NCBI GenBank assembly: GCA_963666515.2
Contig: OY762897.2
Span: forward strand, 1,888,001 to 1,952,000
Length of the DNA: 64,000 nucleotides
Direction of reading: 5' to 3'
DNA from: Candidatus Binatia bacterium
Lineage (GTDB): Bacteria > Desulfobacterota > Binatia > UBA9968 > JAJDTQ01
A program made the position numbers and the translations under genes. The notes beneath the pieces were generated by a model, which was not told the origin of the DNA, did not search any database, and was given only the letters and a program-made list of their open reading frames with translations. This document shows positions 46,914 through 57,476 of this stretch, piece by piece. Every line of letters begins with the position of its first letter. Within the stretch, counting starts at the first letter, position 1.

Positions 46914-47304
46914 ACAGCCTCATCGTTTGGCACACAGGGTGGCCGGCTAGGTAGTGGCCACAACCGGAAGTTTTCACCCGACATCGCCGACTCCTGGAAG
47001 GGATCGGCTATGTACCGCCGGCAGAAATCGAAGACTTGTACTATCAGCAGTGCAAGGAGTCACCCATGGTGGCCTGACTCACCAAAATCCGTCTCCGGTA
47101 AACCCGGGACGGTTCAGTCGAAGTATCCACACAGGAACAGGATGTAGCGCCCCCGCTCCTGTCCCTATGCCCACGCGAGGGTCAAGGACAAACGGCGTTT
47201 TCCGGTTGACAATGTTCCCGCACTTTCATTAGGTTCAGCACCTATCCGGCTTCGGCCGAGGCATCAACCGGTCGGGGAATGCCCCGGCAAAGGAGGGTAC
47301 ACGG

Positions 47305-48300
47305 ATGAAGAAAATCATGCTTGGGGCGTTCGCTGCGGCGTTTGCCCTGTTTGTTGTGGCCGCATCCGCGCAGGCGGCGGTCACGATAAAGGTCAGCACC
47401 TGCCTGGCCAAGACCCACGACCAGGTGGAGACGTACTTCCAGGCGTTCCACGACAAGTTCAACGAAGTCGCCAAGGGCGAGGCCAAGCTCCACTACGTGG
47501 GCGGCCCGGAAGTGTCGCCGCGGCAGAAGCAGGGTCCGGCGCTCAAGCGGGGCTTGGTGGACATGATCTTCTGCCCCATGGGCTATTACGAGGGAATGGT
47601 GGCGGAAGCCGGCCTGACCTCGGTGACCAACCTGTCCACCAAGGAGCTCCGGGACAACGGCGCCATCGACCAGCTCCAGCCGGTGTGGGCGAAGAAGTTC
47701 AACGGACGGATCCTGGGCTGGTGCTGCTACGGCGTCGACTTCCACATCTATACGACGTTCAAGCCCAAGGAGAGCACCAAGACCGGCCTCGACCTGTCGG
47801 GGCGCAAGATGCGCTCCACCGCCACGTACAGAGTGTTCTTCAGCGTCATGAACGCCATTCCCGTCACCATGGCTCCCGCGGAGATGTACACCGGTCTGCA
47901 GCGGGGCGTGGTGCAGGGGCTCGCATGGCCCGAAGGAGCGCTGGCCAAGTACGGCGTCCAGAAGTTCCTCAAGTACCGCGTTTACCCGGGCTTCTATCGC
48001 AGCGGCTCCATGGTCGTGATCAACCTGGACAAGTGGAAATCCCTGCCCAAGTCCGTGCAGGACAAGCTCACCCAGACAGGTCTCGCGTTCGAGCAGGGCA
48101 GCGAGCCGATACTCCGCGCGAAGGCCGACGCCGACAACAAGAAGCTGTGGGCTTCGGGCCTTCAGAAGTACGAACTCAAGGGCGAGGCGCGGAAGGCCTA
48201 TCTGCGCACCGTCTACGAGCTCGCATGGGAGGCCCGGTCGAAGAACAACTTCACGGTGCCGTTCGCGAAGCTGAAGGAGAAGATGTACCGCGCGCCGTGA
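47305..48300 (+). CDS. dctP: TRAP transporter solute-binding subunit
   Basis: Signal peptide, GGPEV, DLSGRKMR, EMYTGLQRGVVQG, NLDKWKSLP; candidate promoter TTGACA at 47206. Confidence 0.9.
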   Translation: MKKIMLGAFAAAFALFVVAASAQAAVTIKVSTCLAKTHDQVETYFQAFHDKFNEVAKGEAKLHYVGGPEVSPRQKQGPALKRGLVDMIFCPMGYYEGMVAEAGLTSVTNLSTKELRDNGAIDQLQPVWAKKFNGRILGWCCYGVDFHIYTTFKPKESTKTGLDLSGRKMRSTATYRVFFSVMNAIPVTMAPAEMYTGLQRGVVQGLAWPEGALAKYGVQKFLKYRVYPGFYRSGSMVVINLDKWKSLPKSVQDKLTQTGLAFEQGSEPILRAKADADNKKLWASGLQKYELKGEARKAYLRTVYELAWEARSKNNFTVPFAKLKEKMYRAP

Positions 48301-48318
48301 GGGCCGCGTCAAAACAGT

Positions 48319-48360
48319 GAAAACGCCCCCGATCCGGAGTGCTGGATCGGGGGCGTTTTC
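48319..48360. terminator. Bidirectional intrinsic terminator
   Basis: gaaaacgcccccgatcc / ggatcgggggcgttttc 17-bp stem between convergent genes. Confidence 0.88.
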
Positions 48361-48384
48361 TTTCCAGGGGCCGGAACGCAGTCT

Positions 48385-49695
48385 TCAATCCATCAGATTG
48401 GGAAGCCACAGCGCCAGCCCGGGTTCCCAGATCAGGATGAGGATCAGGATCAGGTCGCAGATCAGGAACGGGATCGCCGCGTTGGCCACCTGCAGCAGCG
48501 TGGTGCCCCGTGGCGCCACTCCGAGCATCACGTAGAGCAACAATCCGAAGGGGGGCGTCGTGCCCGCCATCTCCAGCGTCATCAGCACGAACAGCCCGAA
48601 CCAGATCAGGTCGAAGCCCAGGGCCTCGGCCAGGGGGAAGAAGATGGGCACGGTGATGAGCATCATGGAGGTGGCGTCCATGAACATGCCCAGCACGATG
48701 AGGATCAGGAACATGACCGCGAGCACCACCAGGCGGGACACCTCGAAGCTGGTGGCCCATTCCAGCATGCCGGCGGTGGCGCCCGAGTAGGCCAGGAGCT
48801 GACTGAACACGGTCGAGTTCATGATGATGAGGAACACCATGCCGGCCACCCGCACAGTGCCCGACAGGGAGGTGCGGATGGCCTCCCACTTGAGCACGCG
48901 GAAGGCCACTGCCAGGATGGCCACGCCCAACACACCGCAGGCCGCGGACTCCGTGGGTGTGGCGATGCCCAGGATGATGAAGCCGATGACCATGAAGATC
49001 ACGAGGCTCACCGGCAGGATGTTGAAGGTGATGTACTTGATCTTGTGCGCCCAACTGGTGGGCGGCACGTCATAGGCCGGCGCCCCCGCGGGGTTGATGA
49101 TGATCTGCAGGTACAACATGCCGGCGTAAAGCATGGCCAGCACGAAACCCGGCAGGAACCCCGCGATCAGGAGACGGCCCACGTCGATGTTGGCGACGCT
49201 CGCCAGCAGCACGGCCAGCGCCGAGGGCGGGATGATCATGGCCAGGCCGCCGGTGCCCAGGATAGGCCCCATGGACATGCGCCAGTTGTAGCCCCGCCGC
49301 TGCATCTCCGGCACCAGCAACGATCCCAGCATGGCGGTATTGGCCATGGAGGAGCCGGTAAGAGTCGAGAAGATCGTCCCGCCGGCTACCGTCAGGTAGC
49401 AGAGCCGGCCCCGCAGCTTGCCGAACAGCGAATCGAGCCCATCGAAAACGCGTATGGCCAGGCCCGTGTGAAAGAACAGCGCGCCCATGAGGATGAACAT
49501 GGGCACGGGACCCAGGGTGAACCGGGTGATCAGCACGGTGGAATTGTCCGCCACCTGGATGAAGCCGTGCACGCCGGCAAAGATGAAGATGCCGATGAAG
49601 TTCGTGGTGATGAAGGCGAAGGCCACGGGGACCCCGATGGCCATCAGACAGACGACCATGCCCACCAGGAGAGCGAATGCCCAATACCATTCCAT
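48385..49695 (-). CDS. dctM: TRAP large permease
   Basis: GVPVAFA, PMFILMG, GSSMA, IIPPS, TPTESA, TPPFG. Confidence 0.93.
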   Translation of the reverse strand: MEWYWAFALLVGMVVCLMAIGVPVAFAFITTNFIGIFIFAGVHGFIQVADNSTVLITRFTLGPVPMFILMGALFFHTGLAIRVFDGLDSLFGKLRGRLCYLTVAGGTIFSTLTGSSMANTAMLGSLLVPEMQRRGYNWRMSMGPILGTGGLAMIIPPSALAVLLASVANIDVGRLLIAGFLPGFVLAMLYAGMLYLQIIINPAGAPAYDVPPTSWAHKIKYITFNILPVSLVIFMVIGFIILGIATPTESAACGVLGVAILAVAFRVLKWEAIRTSLSGTVRVAGMVFLIIMNSTVFSQLLAYSGATAGMLEWATSFEVSRLVVLAVMFLILIVLGMFMDATSMMLITVPIFFPLAEALGFDLIWFGLFVLMTLEMAGTTPPFGLLLYVMLGVAPRGTTLLQVANAAIPFLICDLILILILIWEPGLALWLPNLMD

Positions 49696-50207
49696 CACAC
49701 GTTCTCCCGCACCTCGGTGCGCGAGGTGTACATGGTATCGACCCCCACCAGAAACCGGAGGAATTCGATGGCGATCATCGTGAACGACACCGGCATGGGC
49801 GCCAGGAGCATCCAGAGCGGTTGGGCTTCGCCCCGGTAATCCAGCTCGCCCGAGAGGTACGCGGCGATGGTGAGGTCCGTGGAGTAGTAGATGAAGAAGA
49901 GGCAGCAGACGATGCAGATGACGTAGACGAGCTTCGCCAGCACGTACTGCACGGTCAGGGGCAGGAGCGACACGAGGGAGTCCACGAACACGTGGCCCTT
50001 CATGCGCACCAGCCATGGCGCCCCCAGCATGGTGAACCACAGGAGACCGTACTCCACCACGCCCAGGGTGTACGCGGACGGTTGGAACTTCAGGAGACGC
50101 ACGAATACGTCGATCACGATGAGCAGGAAGATCAGGAAGATGACGATCTCCGCACCCATCTTGAACAGGTCCAGGAGCTTTTCGTAAGCCCGCGATATTC
50201 TTTGCAT
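49695..50207 (-). CDS. dctQ: TRAP small permease
   Basis: Four TM segments, DVFVR, GHVFVD. Confidence 0.88.
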   Translation of the reverse strand: MQRISRAYEKLLDLFKMGAEIVIFLIFLLIVIDVFVRLLKFQPSAYTLGVVEYGLLWFTMLGAPWLVRMKGHVFVDSLVSLLPLTVQYVLAKLVYVICIVCCLFFIYYSTDLTIAAYLSGELDYRGEAQPLWMLLAPMPVSFTMIAIEFLRFLVGVDTMYTSRTEVRENV

Positions 50208-50479
50208 CCTCCCTCCACAACGCTGTTCACGGAACCCTTGTTCAACCCACCGTGGCGGAAATCCTCTGCTTTTATCGCCTTGTTCCCCGGCTGTCAAAGA
50301 CGTTTGCGGGGAAATGCGCCTTTGTTGACGAAAAACGTTGCGCGGTGGTACCACCCTGGAAGAAACTGATCGACCGCGGTCGCGGCGGGATGGCGCCCTT
50401 CGCCCTGAGCGCAGCGAGGCAAAGCGAAGTCGAACGGCGTCATCTTCCCTCCGCGCCCGGACGCCTTTGGAGGTATACC

Positions 50480-51310
50480 GTGAAGATACTGGTGACCGGA
50501 GGATTGGGAAAAGTCGGCGGGCCGGTGGTGGAGGAGCTGCTGGGCGGCGGACACGAGGTCACGGTGCTGGACCGTCTGCCCGGTCCCAGGGACGGCGGCG
50601 GCGCCAAGTACCTGGTGGGCGAGGTGCAGGATCTCGGTCAGATGATGGAAGCGGCCGCGGGGTCCGACGCCATCGTCCATCTCGCCGCGGTCCACAATCC
50701 CTACGTCGCCACCACCGGGGTCGTCTTCGAGACCAACGTCACCGGCACGTTCAACGCGCACCACGCGGCGTTCCGGCTGGGCATCCCGCGGGTGGTCTCC
50801 ACCAGCAGCAACGCCGCGGTGGGATGGGCCTACAGCGAAGGGACCTTCCTTCCCGACTACCTGCCCATCGACGAGGAGCACTCGTTGAGGCCCATCGACC
50901 CCTACGGGCTGTCGAAACAGGTGGGCGAGACCATCGCCCACTCCTACGCCCGCAAGGGCGTGGAAGCGGTGGTGATCCGCCCCAGCGGCGTGGTGACGCC
51001 GGACGCCCTCGACGAGATCCGCCGCAACGGCGGCCGAGAGCCCGGGGAGTGGCGCGAGTACAGCTACATCGACGTGCGCGACCTGGCCGTGGCCTTCCGG
51101 CTGGCCGTGGAGAAGCCGCTGCCCGGCGGCACGGTCATGTTCGTCGTAGCCGACGACAGCACCGTGGCCGAGCCGCTGTGCGACCTCCTGCCGCGCCTCA
51201 ACCCCGCCATCGGCGACCGCGCCCGTGCGCTCACCGGCACCCGGGCCGTCTTCACCAACGACCGGGCGAAGGAACTGATGGGATGGAAACCGGCGCACAC
51301 ATGGCGGTAG
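50480..51310 (+). CDS. NAD-dependent epimerase/dehydratase (extended SDR)
   Basis: ILVTGGLGKVG, HLAA, YGLSK. Confidence 0.9.
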   Translation: MKILVTGGLGKVGGPVVEELLGGGHEVTVLDRLPGPRDGGGAKYLVGEVQDLGQMMEAAAGSDAIVHLAAVHNPYVATTGVVFETNVTGTFNAHHAAFRLGIPRVVSTSSNAAVGWAYSEGTFLPDYLPIDEEHSLRPIDPYGLSKQVGETIAHSYARKGVEAVVIRPSGVVTPDALDEIRRNGGREPGEWREYSYIDVRDLAVAFRLAVEKPLPGGTVMFVVADDSTVAEPLCDLLPRLNPAIGDRARALTGTRAVFTNDRAKELMGWKPAHTWR

Positions 51311-51315
51311 CCGCC

Positions 51316-51443
51316 CGAATCGTCATTCCGGCCCCTCCGTCATTCCGGCGAAAGCCGGAATCCAGGGGGTGGGGAGGGGCAGACGGGAGTGATTCCCTGC
51401 CCCACCCGTCCTGGATTCCGGCTTTCGCCGGAATGACGATTCG
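51316..51443. repeat. Inverted REP doublet (REPIN-like)
   Basis: cgtcattccggcgaaagccggaatccagg (51338-66) and its exact reverse complement (51410-38), partly self-complementary spacer, extra partial copy at 51321. Confidence 0.85.
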
Positions 51444-51547
51444 AGGCGTCCCTGCCATTCCGTATCCAATCGCAGTATTGACACGACCTGTTTCGCGGGC
51501 ATGACGGAGGACGGGAATGACAGAGACCGGCGTGGGGAGATGCAGGC

Positions 51548-52777
51548 ATGGGAACGCTGACCGCGCGTGACCTCGCCCGCGTGGGCCGCGGCACGCCCGC
51601 CGGCGAGTGGTTCCGGCGCTACTGGATGGTGGCGGCGCGCAGCGACGACCTGCGGGACATTCCGGCGCGGGTGCGCATCCTCGGCGAGAACCTGGTGCTG
51701 TTCCGGGACGGCGCGGGCCGCCTGGGGCTCCTGGGCCTTCACTGCCCCCACCGCGGCACCTCCCTGGAGTACGGCGACGTGGGGCCCGCGGGGCTGCGCT
51801 GCCCGTACCACGGCTGGCTCTTCGACGTCGCCGGCGCGTGCCTGGAGCAGCCGGCGGAGCCGCCGGGCAGCACGTTCCACGAGAAGGTGCGCCACCTCTC
51901 CTACCCGGTGCGGGAGCTGGGCGGGCTGATCTTCGCCTACCTCGGGCCGCCGGACCGAGAGCCGCCGCTGCCGCAATACGCGCCCCTGGCGGAGCCCGGC
52001 GGACAGCGGCGCATCGAGACGGCGCGCCATTACGACTACAACTGGTACAACTTCATCGAGAACGGCGCCGATCCCGCCCACTTCTCCACCCTGCACCTCT
52101 CCGACCCGGACGACGGCACTTGGCGGAGCTGGTTCTTCAACGCCAGGGACGTGCCGCCGTTCGACGCCGTGGAGACCGGCTACGGCATGAAGGTGGTGTC
52201 GCGGAAACCCGCGGCCGAGCCGGGCATGAGCTACGTGGACGAGAAGAGCTACGCGCTCCCCAGCGTCATGCAGATCGGCGACACCGAATTCACCCACTTC
52301 AAGGAACCAAAGGAGGCTCTGGCCCGGGGCTCCCGCAACGCCCACTGGATGTTCGTCACACCGGACGACGACGACCACTTCACCCTGTACACGGTGGACC
52401 ACTACACCGGCCCGGACCCGGATTTCATGACCAGGCTCGCACCGTCGCGGCGACCCGTCGCCACCGCGGAAAAACCCGATCACGACAACCGTCCGCTGTC
52501 GCCGTACCGGGGCAGCGTCCGCCTGGAGGACATCATGACCCAGTCCACCCAGGGGAACGTGGCCGCCCGCGAGGAACGCTTGGCGGCCTCCGACAAAGGC
52601 ATCATCCTCCAGCGCCGCCTCATCCTGAACGCCATCGACCGGGTGCGGCGAGGTCTGCGGCCCCAAGGCGTGCTTGCGCCGGAGGACGCTGACAGGCTCA
52701 TGTGCATGGATTCGTTCACCGGCATCCGGGCGGACCCGCCAGCGCCGGATGGCGATACCGCTACGGCATCCGATTGA
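51548..52777 (+). CDS. Rieske non-heme iron oxygenase alpha subunit (phthalate 4,5-dioxygenase-like)
   Basis: CPHRG, CPYHGW, ENGADPAHFSTLH, EDI, ERLAASDKGI. Confidence 0.92.
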   Translation: MGTLTARDLARVGRGTPAGEWFRRYWMVAARSDDLRDIPARVRILGENLVLFRDGAGRLGLLGLHCPHRGTSLEYGDVGPAGLRCPYHGWLFDVAGACLEQPAEPPGSTFHEKVRHLSYPVRELGGLIFAYLGPPDREPPLPQYAPLAEPGGQRRIETARHYDYNWYNFIENGADPAHFSTLHLSDPDDGTWRSWFFNARDVPPFDAVETGYGMKVVSRKPAAEPGMSYVDEKSYALPSVMQIGDTEFTHFKEPKEALARGSRNAHWMFVTPDDDDHFTLYTVDHYTGPDPDFMTRLAPSRRPVATAEKPDHDNRPLSPYRGSVRLEDIMTQSTQGNVAAREERLAASDKGIILQRRLILNAIDRVRRGLRPQGVLAPEDADRLMCMDSFTGIRADPPAPDGDTATASD

Positions 52778-52847
52778 TCCGCCTCGGGTTCAGCCCCCGG
52801 CACGGACCCGGCGCCTGACACCGCCCTCGCAGAAAAAAGGAGTTGTC

Positions 52848-53390
52848 ATGTTCCCACACCTCACCCGCTTCAATCTGCAAAACTGGATCGACGAGAACCG
52901 CGCCGACTGGGGCCGGCGGCGGGTCATCTGGGAGGACTCGGACTTCATCGTCTTCGTGACACGCGGTCCCAACACCCGCACCGACTTCCACATCAACCCC
53001 GGAGACGAGATCTTCTACCAACTCGAAGGCGAGCTGAACCTCCACTACCTGACCCCGGAGCACGAGCCGGAGGTCGCCGTCCTCCAGGAGGGCGAAATGT
53101 TCCTGCTGCCCGCGCTGGTGCCCCACTCGCCGCGGCGGGAGGACGGCTCCTATACCCTGGTGGTGGAACGGGTGCGGCGGCCGGACGAAACCGACCGCTT
53201 CATCTGGGTGTGCGGAAAGTGCGCCCACACGCTCTACGAGGCCACGGCCCGGTTCAATGAACCCGCGGACACGGTGCAGAAGGCCTACGAGGCCATGGCC
53301 GCGGACGAGTCCCTGCGCCACTGCTCCCAATGCGGAAACACCGAAGCTCCGGTCCGAAGCGAAGGGCCGGCGTTCGTCTGGAAGGGTTAG
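52848..53390 (+). CDS. nbaC: 3-hydroxyanthranilate 3,4-dioxygenase-like cupin
   Basis: GPNTRTDFHINPGDEIFYQLEG, PHSPRR, CGKC...CSQCG rubredoxin-like site. Confidence 0.88.
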   Translation: MFPHLTRFNLQNWIDENRADWGRRRVIWEDSDFIVFVTRGPNTRTDFHINPGDEIFYQLEGELNLHYLTPEHEPEVAVLQEGEMFLLPALVPHSPRREDGSYTLVVERVRRPDETDRFIWVCGKCAHTLYEATARFNEPADTVQKAYEAMAADESLRHCSQCGNTEAPVRSEGPAFVWKG

Positions 53391-53419
53391 CCGAACGGCA
53401 GCACACCGGAGGTCATGCC

Positions 53420-54466
53420 ATGGCCGTCATCGACGCCGATTGCCACGTCATCGAGTGCGAGGAAACCTGGGAGTACATGGAGGGCGAGGACCGGCGCTAC
53501 AAGCCCCGCATCCTGGAGGCCGCGGACCAGTCGGACCCGCTCCGCCGAAACGACTTCTGGCTCTTCGACAGCAACCTGGAGCCCAAGCGGGCGTTTCCGG
53601 CCGTCACCTCCGGCACGAGTCCGGAGTCGTCGGAGTTGCGGGACGTGGAGGCGCGGCTCAAGCACATGGACGAGTTGGGAACCGACATCCAGGTGCTCTA
53701 CCCCACTACCCTGCTGGGCCTCGCCACCTTAGCCCGCCCGCGCACCCAGATCGCCATGTGCCGCGCCTACAACCGCTGGATGGGCGACATCTGGCGCCGG
53801 GGCGAGGGACGGCTGCGCTGGGTGGCGACGCTGCCGCTGGAAACCATGGACGTGGCCCTGGAGGAGCTCCGTTTCAGCCGTGACAACGGCGCCTGCGGCT
53901 TCCTGCTGCAGGGCCTCATGGGCGAGCGCGTGCCCATCGACGAGTACTACTTCCCGGTCTACGCCGAGGCCAGCCGCCTGGACATGGCGGTGTGCATCCA
54001 CTCGGGACTCGTGAACCACGCCCTGAGCGGCATCTTCCACTCCCGCGCCACCGCGCTGTGGATGGCCAAGGTGCCCATCATCACCGCCTTCCACGCGCTG
54101 GTGCTGAGCCGCGTCCCGGACCGCTTCCCGGATCTCCGCTGGGGCTTCCTCGAAGCCGCCGCCTCCTGGGTCCCCTACGTCATCACCGACCTGGGCGCCC
54201 GCCTCGACCGCACCGGCACCCGCAAGCTCGACGAGAACGTCCTGCGCCGGAACCGCTTCTATGTCGCCTGCCAGACCGAGGAGGACCTGCCCTACATCCT
54301 GCAGCACGCCGGCGAGGACCACATCGTCATCGGCTCCGACTACGGCCACGCTGACACCTCCAGCCAACTGGAGGCGCTCAAGATTCTGCAGGGGAATGAA
54401 TCGGTGAGCACAGATGCCCGCCGCAAGATCGTGGACGACAACGCCAGGGCGCTGTACGGGCTGTAG
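53420..54466 (+). CDS. Amidohydrolase_2 family protein
   Basis: IDADCHVIE, MDELGTDIQVLYPT, GSDYGHAD; paralog of 26122-27195. Confidence 0.92.
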   Translation: MAVIDADCHVIECEETWEYMEGEDRRYKPRILEAADQSDPLRRNDFWLFDSNLEPKRAFPAVTSGTSPESSELRDVEARLKHMDELGTDIQVLYPTTLLGLATLARPRTQIAMCRAYNRWMGDIWRRGEGRLRWVATLPLETMDVALEELRFSRDNGACGFLLQGLMGERVPIDEYYFPVYAEASRLDMAVCIHSGLVNHALSGIFHSRATALWMAKVPIITAFHALVLSRVPDRFPDLRWGFLEAAASWVPYVITDLGARLDRTGTRKLDENVLRRNRFYVACQTEEDLPYILQHAGEDHIVIGSDYGHADTSSQLEALKILQGNESVSTDARRKIVDDNARALYGL

Positions 54467-54511
54467 GGCGTATATGTGGCCGCGCGACTCCCGGACCAAG
54501 GGTCCGCGCTC

Positions 54512-55033
54512 TCATTCAGTTTTCGGAGCGGGCGGCTTTTCGTGGGGTTCGACCGCTTGTACACGCGGTCCCAACGAAAGCGCGGTCAATATCAGGTTCA
54601 TGTTGGCCGCCATGTCGTCGAACCTCTGGTTGATGCGACTCTCCAACTGGACAAACCGGTTGTCCATCTGGATGAACCGGCCATCGACCTGCCTGAACCG
54701 GTCGTCGATCTGCTTGAAGCGCTCGTCAACCTGCGCGAACCGGTCGTCCACCTGCTTGAACCGGTCATCAACCTGCGCGAAGCGCTCGTCCACCTGCTTG
54801 AAGCGGTCGTCGATCCGCGCGAAGCGGCGGTCCAGCCGATTCTCCATCCGGTCCAGCCGGCCGATGATCTCCCCGTACAGGTTCTCGTAGTTGTCGACCC
54901 GCCCGTCCAACCGGTTGATCTCGGGCCTGACCTGGGCGTGGATGGCCCACTGAGCGGCCGCCGCAAGTGTCGTCACCAGCATCACCGCAGCGACCATCAC
55001 TCCCGCATATTCCTTCAGTTTTTCCACCGCCAC
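54512..55033 (-). CDS. Membrane-anchored coiled-coil protein with 8 D(D/E)RFxQV-type heptads (copy 1)
   Basis: N-terminal TM, 21-nt tandem repeats, GGAGG RBS, candidate promoter TTGACC-16-TATCAT. Confidence 0.8.
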   Translation of the reverse strand: MAVEKLKEYAGVMVAAVMLVTTLAAAAQWAIHAQVRPEINRLDGRVDNYENLYGEIIGRLDRMENRLDRRFARIDDRFKQVDERFAQVDDRFKQVDDRFAQVDERFKQIDDRFRQVDGRFIQMDNRFVQLESRINQRFDDMAANMNLILTALSLGPRVQAVEPHEKPPAPKTE

Positions 55034-55349
55034 CGTGCCTCCGTTTCACGTATGATAGTATATACAATCGGCCGGTCAAGCCATTTCCTTAGCTGGAAAT
55101 GGCCTTGTTGCCCCCCTCCGCCCGGCCCTGGCTCCGGCCTTCCTCCCGGCCCTTTACGCATCCCAGTACCGAATACGGGTCTCATCGCGGCTCAGCCGTA
55201 CATGGATCGATGGTCTCAACGCCGGTATTGCAGAACTCTCCCGTGTTTTCGCGTCACGATGGCGAGATCGCGACATGCTGCGGCTCCAGCGAGAAAGGCG
55301 GCCGGAACATGATCGTCCCCGGCGCTCTCGTCCCCTACCAGCGCTGTAG

Positions 55350-56085
55350 CGCGGGCGCGACTTCCGACGAGGTGACGGCCATGCCGCTGGCGCCGTCCTC
55401 GTTCGGCACGAACACGATCGCCGACTATCGCTTCGCGCAGAACGTCGCGCTCACCACGGTGACCCTGCCGAAGGCAACCGGCGGGCTCGCGCCGCCGGCG
55501 TATTCCCTGGCCAAGACCACCGGCAGCCCGGCGGTGCCGCCGGGGCTCACGTTCACCGCGTCGTCGCGGCAGCTCTCCGGCACCCCGACGACGCTGCAGA
55601 CCGCTACGGAGTACACCTACACCGTCACCGACAGCTCAACGCCCGCCAACACCGCGACGCTGACCTTCGACATCGCAGTGGAGCCGGAAAGCATGCCGTC
55701 GCTGGGGGCCGTGACGGACCGGAGCTTCTACCAAGGGAGCGCCATCGCCGACGTGGTGCTACCGGCGGCGACGGGCGGCAACGCGCCGCTCATCTACACG
55801 CTGGCGAAGACCACCGCCACCCAATCGGCCGCGGAATACACCTACACAACACCGCCCACACCGCCAACGCCGGCGCTGACCGGCGGGCGGCGCTCGAGGC
55901 GACCGTGACCCTCGACGCAGCAAGAGCAGCGACCCCGAGAAGCAGATCCTCACCTTCGCTTGGATCCAGACCGGCACGCCGGCGGTGACGCTTTCCAGCG
56001 CGACCGCGGCGAGGCGCACCTTCAGCGCGCCGGCGGTGGCCGCGGACGTGACCCTGACCTCAGCCCCATCATGACCGCCGGCCGT
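55350..56085 (+). pseudogene. Collapsed, frameshifted copy of the giant Ig-repeat gene
   Basis: Collinear patches match about 60632-61085, 61375-61670 (with gaps) and 63180-63300; no signal peptide. Confidence 0.85.
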
Positions 56086-56348
56086 CACCGCGATGGTGAT
56101 ATCGGGGAAACCTGGCGACTGACCAGCCGCCTAGCCTTGTACAGGGTGCGGTTTGTTCCTACAATAGCCTTGGCAGCGTCGTGTAAGTTGCAGATTCAAG
56201 AAAAGAAACTCGCCGTTGAAAGACGGGGACAAAACTTCTCCGCCGGCAAGTTCGTGGTTGGCGTGAAACCTTCAAGGATCGTAACCAGCTGATTTGACTA
56301 TGAAATGTGTTGGACACTACTGATAGGATATTATAGGATATACATTGT

Positions 56349-57476
56349 TCAAAATCGTCGCCGTCCTTCTTGGAGGAACTCGAGAAACTCTGATTGCTTG
56401 TACCTTCCTTCCTCGACTTGTGTCTGGAACTCTTCGAAAGCGTCCAACAATTTCGGATTTCTGATTATCGATGCCTTCTTCCTCCTAAACGCCCTTCTCC
56501 ATTCTCTGGCACTGAACTTGACGGTCAAAAATGTTAGTGACAGGTCCGTATTGATAGCAACCCTCGATGACCGAACGATCTCTCGCTGTTTACCTTCTAA
56601 AGATCGGTCTGTCGCAACCACCTGAAGGTCCGACCTCATTTTACTTCTAAAGTTCTTTGCTTTCTCGTGTAATATTGCCACGTCGAGAGGTGTGTCCCGA
56701 AAATAAATGTTTTCCGATGCCGAGCAAAACTGGAGTATATTCAATTGCTCCGCGTCACGGCTACGATCAATGTAAACTGTTTTGTTATTGTCATCGCCTA
56801 CCCGGTAAACATCCTCGTCGTAAAGCACGATCATATGTCGTGGGTCAATTGGCAGAAAAATTTGTAGTCCCTTCGCTGCTAAACCAGTATTGCTTCCATA
56901 TCTTCGAAAAGACATGAGTTGATTGTAAAATATTACTGGATTGTCTGAGGTTACAAAATCCGTAACCGTCTTGTTAAGCAATACTTTACACGTCAAGTCA
57001 AAAAGAAGCGGATAAAGGGGAATTACGCTGGAAAGTGCCCTCAGACCCGGTTCCTCGAAGCCGATTCGGAAGGCGTTCATATCTATCCCCTGAGGTATCC
57101 TCGAATCCTTTACCAAGTATTTCGCCAGCTTATCCGTCACGTCTTCTAGTTCATCCGCCATATGTGACGTCCGACCATGTTGCGTCAAGATAGAAAAAAC
57201 GAGAAGCTGATGCTCTTCAGAGCCGAAAGAAGGCGGGACAGACGTTTCTCCTATTGAGCGCAGCACCTGCGCGGCGTCACCTTCCATTGTTGACAGTGCT
57301 TGCTCGACAATAGGGTCCTTGCCGTAGAAATAATCTCCATAACATTGGTTCTTGAGATTAGCGTTACAAATACTGATCCTCCGGTTGATATTCCAAATGT
57401 TTATGCTTCTACGATCTTTCGAGAATCGTCTTAGATAGAAACGCGGTACAAAATGTTGTCGCTTGTTTTGCGGCAC
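56349..57476 (-). CDS. DUF4238 domain protein
   Basis: QHFVPRFYLRRF, FVTSDNPV, IFLPIDP; low GC; GGAGG + GTG at 57476. Confidence 0.85.
   Translation of the reverse strand: MPQNKRQHFVPRFYLRRFSKDRRSINIWNINRRISICNANLKNQCYGDYFYGKDPIVEQALSTMEGDAAQVLRSIGETSVPPSFGSEEHQLLVFSILTQHGRTSHMADELEDVTDKLAKYLVKDSRIPQGIDMNAFRIGFEEPGLRALSSVIPLYPLLFDLTCKVLLNKTVTDFVTSDNPVIFYNQLMSFRRYGSNTGLAAKGLQIFLPIDPRHMIVLYDEDVYRVGDDNNKTVYIDRSRDAEQLNILQFCSASENIYFRDTPLDVAILHEKAKNFRSKMRSDLQVVATDRSLEGKQREIVRSSRVAINTDLSLTFLTVKFSAREWRRAFRRKKASIIRNPKLLDAFEEFQTQVEEGRYKQSEFLEFLQEGRRRF

Noticed and set aside
48385-50220. Fused DctQM (611-aa ORF)
   Set aside because: DctQ is in a different frame; DctM starts at 49695, overlapping the dctQ stop
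54650-54850. Tandem 21-nt repeats as a possible CRISPR array
   Set aside because: No unique spacers, in-frame coding heptads, no cas genes
55350-56085. Adhesin remnant as a diversity-generating retroelement template
   Set aside because: No reverse transcriptase in the window; differences include indels and are not obviously adenine-specific
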